From the NCBI GenBank assembly GCA_040954595.2, contig CM082592.2:9349677-9413676 (forward strand): a stretch of DNA of 64,000 nucleotides. Direction: 5' to 3'. A model generated the notes under the pieces. That model saw nothing but the letters and a program-made list of their open reading frames with translations. It made no database searches and was not told the DNA's origin. This document shows, piece by piece, positions 13,501 through 26,500 of this stretch (within the stretch, counting starts at the first letter, position 1; the number at the start of each line of letters is the position of its first letter). The stretch is from Balanoglossus misakiensis (taxonomy: Eukaryota > Animalia > Hemichordata). The position numbers and the translations under genes are program-made.

Positions 13501-16330
13501 GAATTCTTGTAATTATGTCTGTTGATTCTTGCTCTCAGCTCACCAAGACCGGTTCACGTTCCAAGTTTCTATATTCAATGACAGCAGAATAGTTTTTGCC
13601 TACAAAGAGGTGAGTACGATAGTATAGGCTCACACAAAATATTCCCGCCAGTACCACAACACTGTTTCATAATAATTGTCTGAATTGTGAACGACGTCCA
13701 GGCTGTTCACAATTCTGTTGGATTTCCTCGTCTGTTAGTAGTACATGTATATGGTTGTAGATTGGACTTTTGTGTCTGTCTGTCTGTCTGTCTGCTGTCT
13801 CAGTGTGTGCCCAATATGTCTACCCGGTACCCGCCCCTTCCGTCTCTTGTTTAGATCCCAATTCCTGTCGATAGCTTACCAGCCAGTGAACATCCGGTGA
13901 AGGTGGGAGTTGCCGATGCATACTACAACGACATCTACATTGCTCCCAGTAAGTCTCTCTTGATTTGGCGACACTCGATTGGGGGGGGGGGGGGGGGGAC
14001 GAAGTGCATACTTCATGATACCGAAGGATTCGGTGCGTGCGTTTGTTACTATACCCGGCACAGGCATTTCTGTCCATTTATGTTTCAATTCGTTGATTAA
14101 CAATAGAGCGACACCATTTCCGAAGTGATCGACATGTCTACCCACAACCCCGAGTCGGGCATAATGAAAGAATTGTTCGGTTTATTTCAGAGAAAATTAA
14201 GCGTCGAATACACCAGTATCACGCCGTTGAGCTTGACAAGTCCAGAATCGCCAACAGTACTGCTGTGGTTCTGGAGCCGCTGGCAAGTAAGTAGTGGAAC
14301 GTTAAAGGAAGGCAAAAGTGCTAATTACTGGCGATGCCTTCTCTCGTGTTGGGTAATGAAAGTCACAGATCCCCTAAACGCACAACCTATACGTAACGCT
14401 TTTCTTGCACAAAATGTGATAATTAACAATCAGTCAACACAAAGCGTGTCGGGGCGGACGAGTGGCTGGGCAATGGAACTGACCAATAAAAAGCAACCTT
14501 ACGAGACTGCTCCACAATGTCCGTGTGATTTCTTCCGAAAAGCCGAACCGTATTGGTCACAATATTCTCGCACCTGCAAATGTGCAATCAGTGTTTGAAT
14601 AGGAATCGACCTACCACAAGAAACCTTGCAAGCACGCTCGCTTCAGATATTTTCAGGGTGACCTTTTTGGCTCTAAACTACGAATACTCGACATGAGCCG
14701 TGAATCCTGAATTCGGCCAAACATTTTTTTTGTTTCTAACCACGGGGGCCAGTGTAGAATTCTTCACTGGTACCCGTGAAGTCAAATAGCACACTTCTCG
14801 TCAAAGCACTAAGACAACACTTTTGTACGCTGTACATAAAATTCACCCGTTTTGTGTTCCTTTTTTGCCGCCCAGCCTGCAACACCCTCCACGGCTGCGT
14901 GGCCTGTGAAAACAGCAACATCGGTTTCAACTGCACATGGTGTGAGGAACTGAACCGCTGTTCGGATGGATTCGATAGGCTCAGACAGGAATGGGTAGCC
15001 AGTAACTGTGAAACTAGGGTGAGACTTTCGTCCAATACGACGGGTCCTTACAACCTATTTCTTTATCTCTTTACCATGATATTCCGAGAATAGTAATAGC
15101 CACCAACCCATCTCCGTCGCCAGCAACAGGAGACCGCCACTAGTATGTGGTGTGTTGCACATTTTGTTAGTACGGAACTCACGAAGGTGACACAAGCTGA
15201 AACAAACCATCCTGATGACGACGTTTGTATTAATTGTAGACGAGTTCTCCCTGTCCCCTGCCATCTTCAGAAACGCCCACAGTTCAGACCGTGACGTCAT
15301 CCCCAGAGACGGACGAAGCAAAACGTGAGTACACGGGCAACCCCAAGAACGCTAATGTACTGTCTACCAGACGGATGCCTTAAAACAGCTTCCAAGCGAG
15401 AGAAAGCGTTATTGGCCTTTCACCTTGTTTGAAAACACAATTATGTGACCTTCATGCTACTGCTAGTATCTTTCGCTCAAGTACGTTCAGTCGTTTTGTA
15501 CGTAGCCTACATTATCTGCAGAAAAGAACATTCATTCGTTAACCTTGTGTATTGTGGTTTACGATTACGTGAGTTTAGTGTACCGTGTATTTTTCTGTGA
15601 GCTTGCAAAGTCCTTAACCCGTTAAAAATACATGCAAATTGGAAACTAAATTCTGGTACGTTCACGCGTCATTTGCAGCAACGCTTTCATCGACTGGACG
15701 CGCAGAAAGTACGCCGTCAACGACAGAGGTGGCCGATATAAAGGCAATGAGACAGCATTCACCGAGTGGCACATCCAAGTCTGTTGTGACTGCGAGTGTC
15801 CTGACCATCGTTATCGTGCTCGTCGTCATCACTGTGGTAGGAATATGGGCGGGCTACGCGTACAAGCACCCGACGACAAAATCTGGACAGATCCTGATTC
15901 AGGTAACGTGAAGAATGTCACTAGGAAATCAAGCTGACGTCATGCATCGGAATCAATCAAACCCTCCGCTTTCGGTCGACACATTTTAGCTCACGAATGG
16001 GGCGGTCTTCACATAAATGCATGAGGTACTGTGGTACCGCTGCCTGCCTGCCTGTCTGTAGGTCTGTCTGTCATTCGTACTGTTCAACAGACTGCTGTAT
16101 TATTCTCCGAGAAACAAATATATGTACACGGAAATATAGCGATTGGACAATTAAAATGGCGAACTGATAAACCAGTAACTATAAGGCGTTTTGGTCTTCT
16201 TTTTCAGCTCAAACGAAGTCGTCGAGAGGAAAAGAACAAGCCTATTATAAAATACAAATACACACAAGATGGAATGTCTCCACTCCAAGAAGAAGGATTG
16301 TGTTCACTCACCGGCGACATTGGCCTTTAA
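10523..16330 (+). CDS. PLXDC: Plexin domain-containing protein (PLXDC1/2-like), paralog A, ~481 aa, 13 coding exons
   Basis: Exons 10523-10601, 11384-11544, 11904-12029, 12497-12566, 12660-12779, 13027-13080, 13539-13609, 13855-13948, 14191-14286, 14876-15018, 15240-15324, 15679-15902, 16208-16330; all GT-AG and frame-consistent. Signal peptide MAMSLCMLWLLLCP; family motifs FQFYGHN, QYIAPLMANFD, FTFQVSIFNDSRIVFAYKE, HPVKVGVADA; PSI domain CVACENSNIGFNCTWCEELNRCSDGFDRLRQEW; Ser/Thr stalk; TM helix; YAYKHPT. Confidence 0.92.
12913..12975. repeat. Imperfect (AATAC)n microsatellite in a PLXDC-A intron
   Basis: AATACAATACAATACAATAC core with degenerate flanking units. Confidence 0.7.
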
Positions 16331-16371
16331 GATTGTTTTTATCCAATAGAATGATCGTATGCAAGAGGAAA

Positions 16372-16599
16372 TATAGCTCTCTCATATCATCAAGGTTCTC
16401 AGATGGGCAGTTTCATGCATAGCCGTGGTTCTTACCGAAAAATCGTGGGTCTTACCGAAAAATCGTGGGTACGTTATACAGCCTACAAAGTCAAAAATTT
16501 TCAAGGTTCTAGCTTACAAAGTCTTAATTTTAGTCTATGCAATGATAATTTCTCATTAAAAATTAACAATTACCGCTCTATAGCTCTCTCATATCATCA
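16372..16599. mobile_element. 186-bp insert flanked by a 21-bp direct repeat (TSD-like) in the PLXDC-A 3' region
   Basis: TATAGCTCTCTCATATCATCA occurs at 16372-16392 and 16579-16599. The insert carries a 20-bp tandem duplication (TCTTACCGAAAAATCGTGGG x2, 16430-16469). Confidence 0.55.
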
Positions 16600-17109
16600 C
16601 TGAGCCGAGTGCATGTTGTTGCCATACGGACCAACTTCAAACCAGATAGACACACACAATGCATGCATTGTTGTGAATGTTATCAACACCCAAATCTGAA
16701 AAAAAACACGTGACAAATCCAAACATATCCAACAATCATGTCATTGTATGTGGATGTTTAAACGGGGGGGGGGGGGGGGGGGCTCGAGTACTGTGGTTTC
16801 ACAGAATAAAATTATTCAGCAAAGCACCAGGCGAACACGGAATCCTGGGAAAAGTGAAAGGTTAAAAGCTCAACTCAACCACGTGTTGATCTGATAGGTC
16901 GTTAAATATGTGTTTACCACAGATTGTCGTTCAGCCTGGGATACACTGAGTGCGTGGGGGCCTTGACACGGGTCACTCCCGGATATTGTCTGTTAACCAG
17001 TTTACCGAAGGGCATCTGAGGGCCAGTGTCCAAAACGTGTGCGCGGACCACTATAAGCATAACAGCTTGTGCTTAAGAGATGATCCCTCGTCAGCGTTTT
17101 ATCAATATC

Positions 17110-20100
17110 ATGGCAATGTTTAGGTGTTCGGATTTGCGATGGCTGTTGTTACCGTGTCTTTGTTGGGGTTTCTGTTTTGGTTCTGTGCAGGCTACAGGTA
17201 AGCGATCGGAGTTGCGTGTTTATCTAAGTGACAGTTAAGTCGCGATCATTATCTAACAGCAACGAGAAACCGTTTGTTGATCAGACAATATGTTTATCCG
17301 AGGCGACATTATTTATCGACATCGTGTCGCTCCACGGTCTTGCCTATGTTCAAACGCGGATCTTATGGAAAGATCCGTGAATGCAAAGCGAAACTGCCCC
17401 TCGAAACACAGACGATCGTACATGAATGCAAATTCCATGGCCTCTTGGCTTCACAACAATCGCGTGCGTGCATCACCGCATACATTAGTTGTGGCGCCCA
17501 CAAACCACTCAAAGGCACATACATGTATAAGCCTGGTACCATCGTCCGTTTCGCGCAACCTGGCCAGGTCGACCCGGGTACACATGTTTTGAGGGAGCCC
17601 CCATCCTCCCAAAATAAACTGTTCAAGCGAAGATGGCCCAATTATGACACAGGCTTGATATATGAAGGGCCCACCACATTTGCACTCGACTCTGTACGAC
17701 ATATATGCGTGATTACGACATAGACAATCGATTGGTTTTTATTATTCGAAACACAGTCATTGAAACCACCTGTTGATGGTGCCAAGCTGTGGTCTGCCAC
17801 TGAGTGCGGTATAGTGTTAATTAGAGAAACGGTTCGGACAACACCAAGTTTAAGTTTACCCTCTCTTCGCAGTGTATACGATCACCATTCGATATCGTCT
17901 ACTCTTAAACAGTTCTCGTATTCTTTGCTGCATATGATACAATCAATTTTTGTGAGGGCCCTGTTTCTAATTTTAGTTTAACTGGTCTCACATATGTCGA
18001 TTCATAAAACGCTGACTAATCCTCAAGGTAAAAGACACAGTTTTCAATGTCCGATTCTTGTATTGTTGTTTACGTGGTGGAAAACCTTTTGTTTTCCGCT
18101 GAAGTGTTTATACAGCAGATAAAGTAACAGTGTGTTTTCAAAGCAGACTTTGGTGAGAATAAATAATGTAGTGAAATTACGATATGTATAAAAACACGTT
18201 TCTTGTATTTTTTTGCACAAACGAGTCAATTTGTACCGAAATATCGACCCCTCGAAGCCTTTTTTTTATTTGACTTTATTTTTATCCACGTCTACAAATT
18301 ATGACATCCTGTTTACAGTTCCGTGCTGGGTTGCCTAATCAATCATGTATTCACGATATTTTATGGGCATGAATACACTGTGCATACATAATAAGTGAGT
18401 CGTGTGTTTCTCGTGTAAGAGCGAGCAGCTTTGCGTTATACACAAATAACCAAGATTAAGTTCTTCTCTTAGCGGCATCCATTTTTCTTAAAGCCTTCAT
18501 GGATGTTACGAAGCCGTTTATTTTTGCAGAATTCACAAGATACAGTCACGTGCCAGGTCAGATGGTAGGAAGGGTGGAAACAGAGCATGCTCGTATGGAG
18601 ACAGTTGTCATGGATACAGTGAGGACGGCTGAGCGCTTCAAGAGAGCTAACACGGAGAGCGAGAATATCACGGCTGGGGAACGCATTAAGGTAATACAAA
18701 ATTATAGCCTCCTGCGTTCAAGTTTGGCCATTCGGCGATTAGTACAAAAGGCATTCTTTGTCTTAAAATAAAATACTTGCAGAGCTCCAAGTCGTGGTCG
18801 CACACTGTCCGAAGGAATTTCGTTTTTCTTTCCTTCAAACTCACAAAGCAAAGGTCGTTTACCTGCCGCCATTTTCTTTTCAGGACGACCACGTGTACTA
18901 CGAGGCGGAATATTATTCTGGCGACGATGCGGTCGAAGAGTGGTGGGTAGATCTGGATTCCAACGCGACCAGACACGGAAGTCTATCCATCAGTGCGAGA
19001 CGGGCAGCGGTGTGTATACAAAGCTACTACAACCCCCCAAGCGTTTGGTTATAAAACAACTATGCTAATCTCTCAAATTATACATGCAATGTTCTTACAC
19101 GAAGCGCCCTCTTCTTGTTTCAACAGGTGATACCTCTAAGATTTGACTACGGATTTTACGGACACAACCTCAGCTCTGTTGTCATAACAACAGGAGGTAA
19201 TAAAACCATTTTCAAAACGAATATAATTCTGAAATTTTGTGTTTCTTGAATTTACTCTCAAGTGTCAGTGGATATCGACTGAGTCTAGATCAGAGGCTGC
19301 GACAGAGACTTGATTTTATAAAACAACGCATACTTTTCTCGTGTATTCGTCCAACACCACGTGATACACGACGCTGTTTATTTTTCAGGGTTCTTGTACG
19401 TTGGACCGTACTTACATCCGTACCTTGCAGAGACTCAGTATATTGCCCCTTTAATGGCAAATTTCGACCTCAGTTCGGACGATTTGTCGCAAGTGAAATA
19501 CAACGATGACGGTAAGCTCTGAAACGAACTCTGGAGAAATATATTTGCTTCCCAGTACATAGAATTTCCCACGACTCAGTATAATCGATACATGCAACTC
19601 TAGTCTGATGAGTAATTTGGGGGAAATGGACTTAAAAACATGAGAGTTTTGGGAAATATGGTTTCATATATACCGAGTTCTTGCCGCTCAATCTCCTATC
19701 TTGTTTTTTCCCTATTTGTAATAGGAAATGTGTTTACCGCAGAGTGGTACGGAATCCAACTGAGAGACGCCGAGTCCGGTATGTGTTTTAGTTTGCGATA
19801 CCTCAAAACTCAAACAGAATGAATAAAACAAATAGCATTAATTTTCATTTGCAGTTTCGTTGTTGCCCCAAATAAAATTCTGAGACATCTCAGTATACGT
19901 GATTTTTTTGCAAAGACAGTCTCGAAACTGAGTGCCTTCATTTTCACTTTCAGGTCAAGAGGGCAGGTTTACTTTCCAGGTGTCTATTTTGAACGACAGT
20001 AGAATCGTTTTCGTTTACAAAGAGGTAAGCCGATTTCTCACTGATAGATTCTAGCGCTCATGCATAACACATCATAGGGAGAAATAAAGAAGTCAGTCGA

Positions 20101-21809
20101 GATTTATTAATCCCGTGCGACATTGTATGAATAAGGGAGTTACAAAATGCCGTGTTTGACGGATGTTTGGATCTGTCCCTCTTTGTCTAATTTCCAGATT
20201 CCCATTCCTGTTGAAGATATCCCTACAACTGCACATCCGGTGAAGGTCGGGATTGCCGATGCATACTATTACGACATTCCTCTTGCTCCATGTAAGTTCT
20301 CTTCGTCTTGTTATACTAGTACTTGCTACAGTTCCTTCATTGGGTGCTGGTTATCAAAACGTAGAGCAACGAACCTTTCTGGTACCAGGCATTTGTTCTT
20401 GATCAATTTATAATCAGGGAATGGTGTTTCCGCCAGAACTGTAATGACCAACACCACCTGTGTATTCCCAGTATGTCCTGCAAACGTCACGTGTCTGTGT
20501 TTTATTCCAGACAAAATAAGACGTGAAATACACCAGTATCATGCTGTGATGCTTAACATATCAAAAGTTGTTAACGGCACAGTCATAGTACTGAAACCGT
20601 TGCCAAGTAAGTAAAACTGCCAAAGTTACCTTCTGTAGAAGACGTGCAAAATGTCAGTCAACTCAAGCCTATAGCATAGTCCAAATTATACTACATGAAT
20701 TAATCCATATTAATTCAGATGCAGTTTTTGTTTCAATGACAACAGATTAATGTGCTCGCCATGTTCCTTTTTACCTAGCCTGCAACACCTTACAAAGCTG
20801 CGGTTCTTGCGAAAGCAGCAATATTGGTTTTAATTGCATATGGTGCCCGCAACTGGACCGCTGTTCGGACGGATTCGATAGATACAGACAAGAGTGGATG
20901 TCCAGTCACTGCGAAAACAGGGTGAGGCTTTTATGGTGTCACGTGTTTTGAAAATAGAATTGGCCGTCCAAGGAACGGGTAGAACACGTGGTTATACCAC
21001 AAGCATCTTTTAGCGGATTTTATGTCAGCATCAGCATTAGTGTGAAAGATCATGTCTGATACTTCAACTTGTGATGTTGGTGTCGCACCCTTTTCAATTT
21101 CAGACCACAGATTCACCGTGTGCGCAAACTTCACCAGAGACGCCCAGCACTGTTAGGGCGCCACAAACGTCAGAAACAACACGTACGCACACGCCACCGA
21201 CAATTCACTCAGAAACCACAAAGTCTGCAACAGATGGTCATGACAATGGACCATCTGCATCCTCGTCCAAGGGTCGGCCAGCAACAACAAAGACTGCAAG
21301 TCCCACCGATGGAAATGCCAGCAGATCGTCGGCCTCCTCGTCCAAGACTGTGGTGACGGCGTCTATCCTGGTGGTCGTTTTCTTGCTGATCGCCCTCACT
21401 GCGATAGGAATATGGGTGGTTTACGCCTACAAACACCCGACAACAAAATCTGGACAGTTTTTGATACAGGTATCGTGTGCAACTAAAATGTCGTTATGCA
21501 CCTGGCGTCACTGGGTGTCGCCATTTGGGGGGGGGGGGGGCGTTCTATCACGTCAATCACATGAATCAACCAATCACAGTCGCCCCACCTTGAACCCATG
21601 AAGGAATTTAAAATACAAATGCTTGTTCACACGTCCTTGTGTTTCGCTGTCTAATATTGCATTTTCCTTTTCATGTTCAGCTTCAACGAAATCGCCGAAG
21701 AGACAGAAGTGACAAGAGCGTGAAATACAAATACAAACAGACAGTTGGGATGTCTTCTGTTGACGACGAAGAAGGACTATCCTCATTGAAAGAAGATGTC
21801 GATATTTAA
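17110..21809 (+). CDS. PLXDC: Plexin domain-containing protein (PLXDC1/2-like), paralog B, ~506 aa, 12 coding exons
   Basis: Exons 17110-17197, 18530-18690, 18884-19009, 19127-19196, 19389-19511, 19725-19778, 19954-20024, 20198-20291, 20511-20606, 20779-20921, 21104-21469, 21681-21809. Exon lengths (161, 126, 70, 54, 71, 94, 96, 143) equal those of paralog A. Motifs TQYIAPLMANFD, HPVKVGIADA, PSI CGSCESSNIGFNCIWCPQLDRCSDGFDRYRQEW, TM helix, YAYKHPTTKSGQFLIQ. TATA-like TATAAG at ~17052. Confidence 0.92.
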
Positions 21810-23554
21810 GACGAGCTTTTTTTTCTCAGTGGTGCAGAAAAGGCACATACAATGTAGTGGTTTCCCTTACAACCAGCACAGTTCCCATTGCGCAGGATAC
21901 AGCTTGAGCTAGTTTTACGTTCGTGTGACGCAGCCTGTGATACAGACAAAAAATCTAGATATTCTCAAATCAATAGGAATAGCAAGATTACAGAAATTCC
22001 AAGAAATTACTTGATCGGTGTTAAGGTTTTAAAATTTGATAATAATGTTTTTATCAGTAATTTTCATATTTCCAGCTAACCAACCAACCGATCGACTTAT
22101 AATGTATCTTCAAGTTGTAATATTTATTGCGAACCACAACTCTTGCTGTGTGCAAATAAAGACGTTATAACTATTTTTTATCTCCCCTCATAAGCCCTTT
22201 GGCAAGGTGAGTCGATCGGTTGTAAATGTAAAATACATTTTGTAATCAAAATAAATTTCTCATTAACATTTCTCGTGAACATTAATAACACCGTGTAATG
22301 AATCATTACATATGCAAATTAGCAGAAACCCAGTCTGACCTAACGTATGGACGGATACTAGAGAATAATTTTGTCCAGTTTTCACTAAGCAACACATCGC
22401 AACGAAATTGATATTTACCTCACTTTTTATTCTTTTAATTCATAGAATACAGCATTGAAACAGCCGGGTGGTGTAAACGTCTGCATACAAACCAATAAAT
22501 AGAACTGTTTAAATGACTAAAACCAGGAAACTCATCATTTCCAACACTGCACTTCCGACATTTTAAAATATAATTTCCTGACTAAAATGAGAAATTGCAT
22601 TCTTACAACATTACAATGTTCCAGTTTAAAACCAAATAACTACCTACTTTATACACGCACACTTGATGCACATTCCAAGACACGTTCATTTGACGTAAAA
22701 ACATACTCCTATAGCCGGCCACGTGCACTTTTAATACGCGTATTCAAAAGTAGGTGTTTCTTCACACATTGCCTTGCATCTACAGCGCCCTCCAGTGAGC
22801 ACTTTTAGTTACATCCGACACTCATAACTATCCCTACTGCGAAGTAAGCATATTCCTCTTCTCGAGGCCAGTATTGAGTGGTGTTCTTGTGATGCTATCT
22901 TTAGTATAGAAAACGGCCAGATGGAAACATGCATGTTTGTCCTAAAAACTCTGTTGATTTAAATTTTTTAGCAAGCACTTCTGACAAAAAGTGAAGATAT
23001 TTTCTATCTTCCTGTTTCTATTGTTGGTGATTTCAGTGAGTGAATGAAGTTTGTTGCATGCAAAACATCAACCAGAGGGTCGACTTTTACATGATAGCAA
23101 ACTTCACATCCGAGATTATTGGTCAGCATTAAAAAAAGTAGGCATTACTCTCTGTTATTGAATAAAACAAAGTCTTCACCCATCCTTAATGGTTTTTTTT
23201 TCTCATTGAGAAAATCCTTTGTTGATGTGCTTTTCGGTACTAGCCACATCTGTTGTGGTTAAAAGGTGGAAGTCATCGGCTTTTAAAACTCTGTGGACAC
23301 TGCCCTGCCAGGGTTGTTTATATTGTTGGTTTAATGTTTCTCAACTGAGAAAACACCTGCTGTATGTAAATCCTGAGTACACGATTTATCGGCATGACAG
23401 ATTCAACACAGTAAGGCCCCTGTCAATCAATCAATCTCCCATTTATATGGCGCCAATATCCAGAGAAGTGTTCAGTGGCCCCTGTGTGCCAAACGGTACC
23501 GTCAAACTCAGCAAGCAGTATGTATCAGTTCGTTTACTGCGGAGACAGCCTCCT

Positions 23555-26500
23555 TTACGTAGCGCTCTGCTTTGGAGAGGGATCGACGGGCGAGGGCGTG
23601 GCGCTCTCCGCCACCGATCGTTTGAACGTCTTCCTGGCGCCAGCGACTCCGTACGAGCGATAGGTGGTCTTCACCAGTGGCGTGGTGGGCAACTGCGGCG
23701 GGGCGTGCTCGGGGGGACTGCGGAAACTGGGCCGCGTCCACCCGTACACCAAGCAGTTGAGGAAACCCTGCGCTGGAGCTGTTACACCCTGGATGAGAAA
23801 CAAACAAACAAAGCCATTTATATTTAACAGTGCTTTCACCCCCAGCTCCCTCTTTAGAGATCCAACCGTACTATAGAAAACAACAGGTTTGGACTGAACC
23901 ATTGTGGTGAAAGGGTTAAGTATTAATAATCTGACTTATTTTTGGACATAGAAAACGAAGAACACTCACCTCTTATTGATCCGACTTGGTCTATTTCTAG
24001 TACTACGACGCGTAACACGCCCGTAGTTTCAAAAATGTGATCTACGCATTCAATTTATGATGTAATAGTTTCTGTCTGACTGCCGGGTGTGCAACTACGC
24101 GGTCACCAACAAAGGTTCAAAGCCACAAAACACAAAGGTAGTTTGATGTACATGTACTACGAGAGCATTTTCTATGATAAAATTAGGGATGGGGTGGATG
24201 GGGTGAAACAGTTAAGGTGAAATATACTTCTTTGGTCTAATACCAATTTCAAATGGTAATAGTCTTATGCATTACCTGTATTAAATATAATGGAAAATAT
24301 CTTTGGACATTCAGTTCCTCGTCCTGTATTAAACGAGTGAAAGCTATGGTCAATGCTGAAAAGGAATAAAGCAAAGAAATAAAATTTGAGGAGGGCTATG
24401 TTTCTGTGTTCTGTATATACCGGTAAGTAATTTGGTGTTCAGTGCACACACATACACTGTGTATGTAATACATGTAACTGCATAATGTATGTTCCATGGT
24501 ACACTACAAACAGTGTTTGAAGAATGACTGGGCTCAAATGTTACCCATGTTCACCGAGAGTTCCCTATGCAAAGAGGAGTTCACTTTCCGACAAAATCAA
24601 ACGGACAGAAGCAAACCTACCTGGAAGCCAACAGAACATGAAGACTAGGATGTAGAGTGTAATTCGGTGCCTGGCGTTGAAGAGGGCCTCCCTGTGTCGA
24701 TCAGTCCAAACTGCAAAATGAAAATGTTTGAACTTTGTTATTTTATCACTCGATTGACTGGAACATACAGCACACTTGAACTGCTGTGCCAAAAAGAATC
24801 AGAGCTAAACAAAATCGGCATTTGAGTGACTTACCATTTTGACTCATGAGATGTTTATACACTCTATACGAAAGTCCATACAAAATCTGAAATGACAGAA
24901 AAAACATTATTTTCCCATCTAAATGTCTGTGGCAACGTATTTTATGTGCAGTCCGGATCAAGTCTAATTTTGATATATTTTTCAAATAACTAATAATGGT
25001 GGTACCTACCAGTAATGCAATAATTGATAAAACTAATGCTATGACAAAAACGAGCATATCATAATGGGCACAAAACCAACTACCGGTATCGCCATGTTCC
25101 TGCATGTAGACAGAGAAAAAAAGAAAGACATAAAGGTCATACATAGGTATGCAGGTGGCACTACCCTTTCACCACCATGGTTCGGTCCAAATTCATTGTT
25201 TTCTATTGTAGTTGGACCTCTATAGAAGAAAGTGGGGGGTCAAGGGTTACAAGGAGTTCCACATGAACAGACATCCAAATGTCTTCTTGTGTGTACGGCA
25301 CATTTGAGTGTTCTAAAGAACATAGGGTGGCGCTCTTTTTTTCGTGTGTGCCACCCACTGAAAATCTCTGATTGGCTAGATCTCAATTTACCATGGTATC
25401 TATAGCTAAATTTGCATAAGTTCCTGTATACCTTTAATTGAAGGAATATACAGTATCTCACTGAGATTATTAGTCAGTCTTCACCCAACGTACATGTACA
25501 TATACTCACCATACTTGGCCAATCAAACAGCACTAAACATCTGGAAAGGGGAAAAAAGCAAAACATTTATGTAAAAGGTTTGCCCTTAGCAAAACAGTCA
25601 AATGAGCTATTTACTTATTAGTTTTCACATGTTTTGCTTTATCGTATATAATGTGACATTAGAAAAAGACCCTGAAATGCCAGACACTGTACATTCAAAT
25701 GGCAACGACTGCGTAGGACCATACAGAAAGGAAAAATGTTTATCCGGTTCTGAAACATGATCCAGTTAGCTACTGAACAAAAGACTTATGGTGCATCACG
25801 CATCAGACAACGTGACGTGACAGCGAGCGCTGATTACATCGTCTCGTCCCTAATCGAAATCATTTATTCAATCATCAGACTGCAGATACAGTCTTCTGCT
25901 AATCAACACTATATCTTGCGTAACATAATACGATATCCTTGTAGAGATAGGGCTCGTTTTACACTGAGAATTTGTTAAATAACAACACTGATTATGTCAT
26001 AGCTTTTTAACTAGTACATTTGAGTTTTCAGAAGAAAAAAATTGCAAATGCCAGGCTGGTATTGATGATTGTACTAAATAGTCTGTTACTTTTATAAGAA
26101 AATTTTTTTTTGCAGAAAAATCCAATGTTTTTGATATTTTCAATTTAGTATCTCCCAGTAACACGCCCACCCTTGCTGATTTTTACTACACAAAGGAAAA
26201 AATACTGCAATTCAAAAACACTTGGTGAAAATAACAGGCTGCAAATTGTGGCAAAAAAGCATAAGTTTGTCTTCTGGAAGAATTTGGAACTGCAGTGAGG
26301 TGGTACATACCGGACGCATCGTGATGTTGAATTTGGCATGTAGATTACGGGGATCATCAACACTATTGGTAAAAGCCTGTGAAAATGGTGAACACAGAAA
26401 CGAGAAGCCAGGAATTACACATAGTCGGCTAACAAGTACAGCTTCCTGGAAACTGGCGAGAGAGAGAATCAACAACACCATTGATTTAACGCTCACTCAA

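Noticed and set aside
17274-17723. 149-aa and overlapping ORFs in PLXDC-B intron 1
   Set aside because: No recognisable motif or splice support; likely chance ORFs or decayed repeat.
23219-23827. 202-aa plus-strand ORF
   Set aside because: Antisense shadow of the GC-rich last TMEM116 exon.
26212-26496. 94-aa minus ORF as a TMEM116 exon
   Set aside because: The true exon (26376-26311) uses another frame (WLLPIVLMIPV), consistent with flanking phases.
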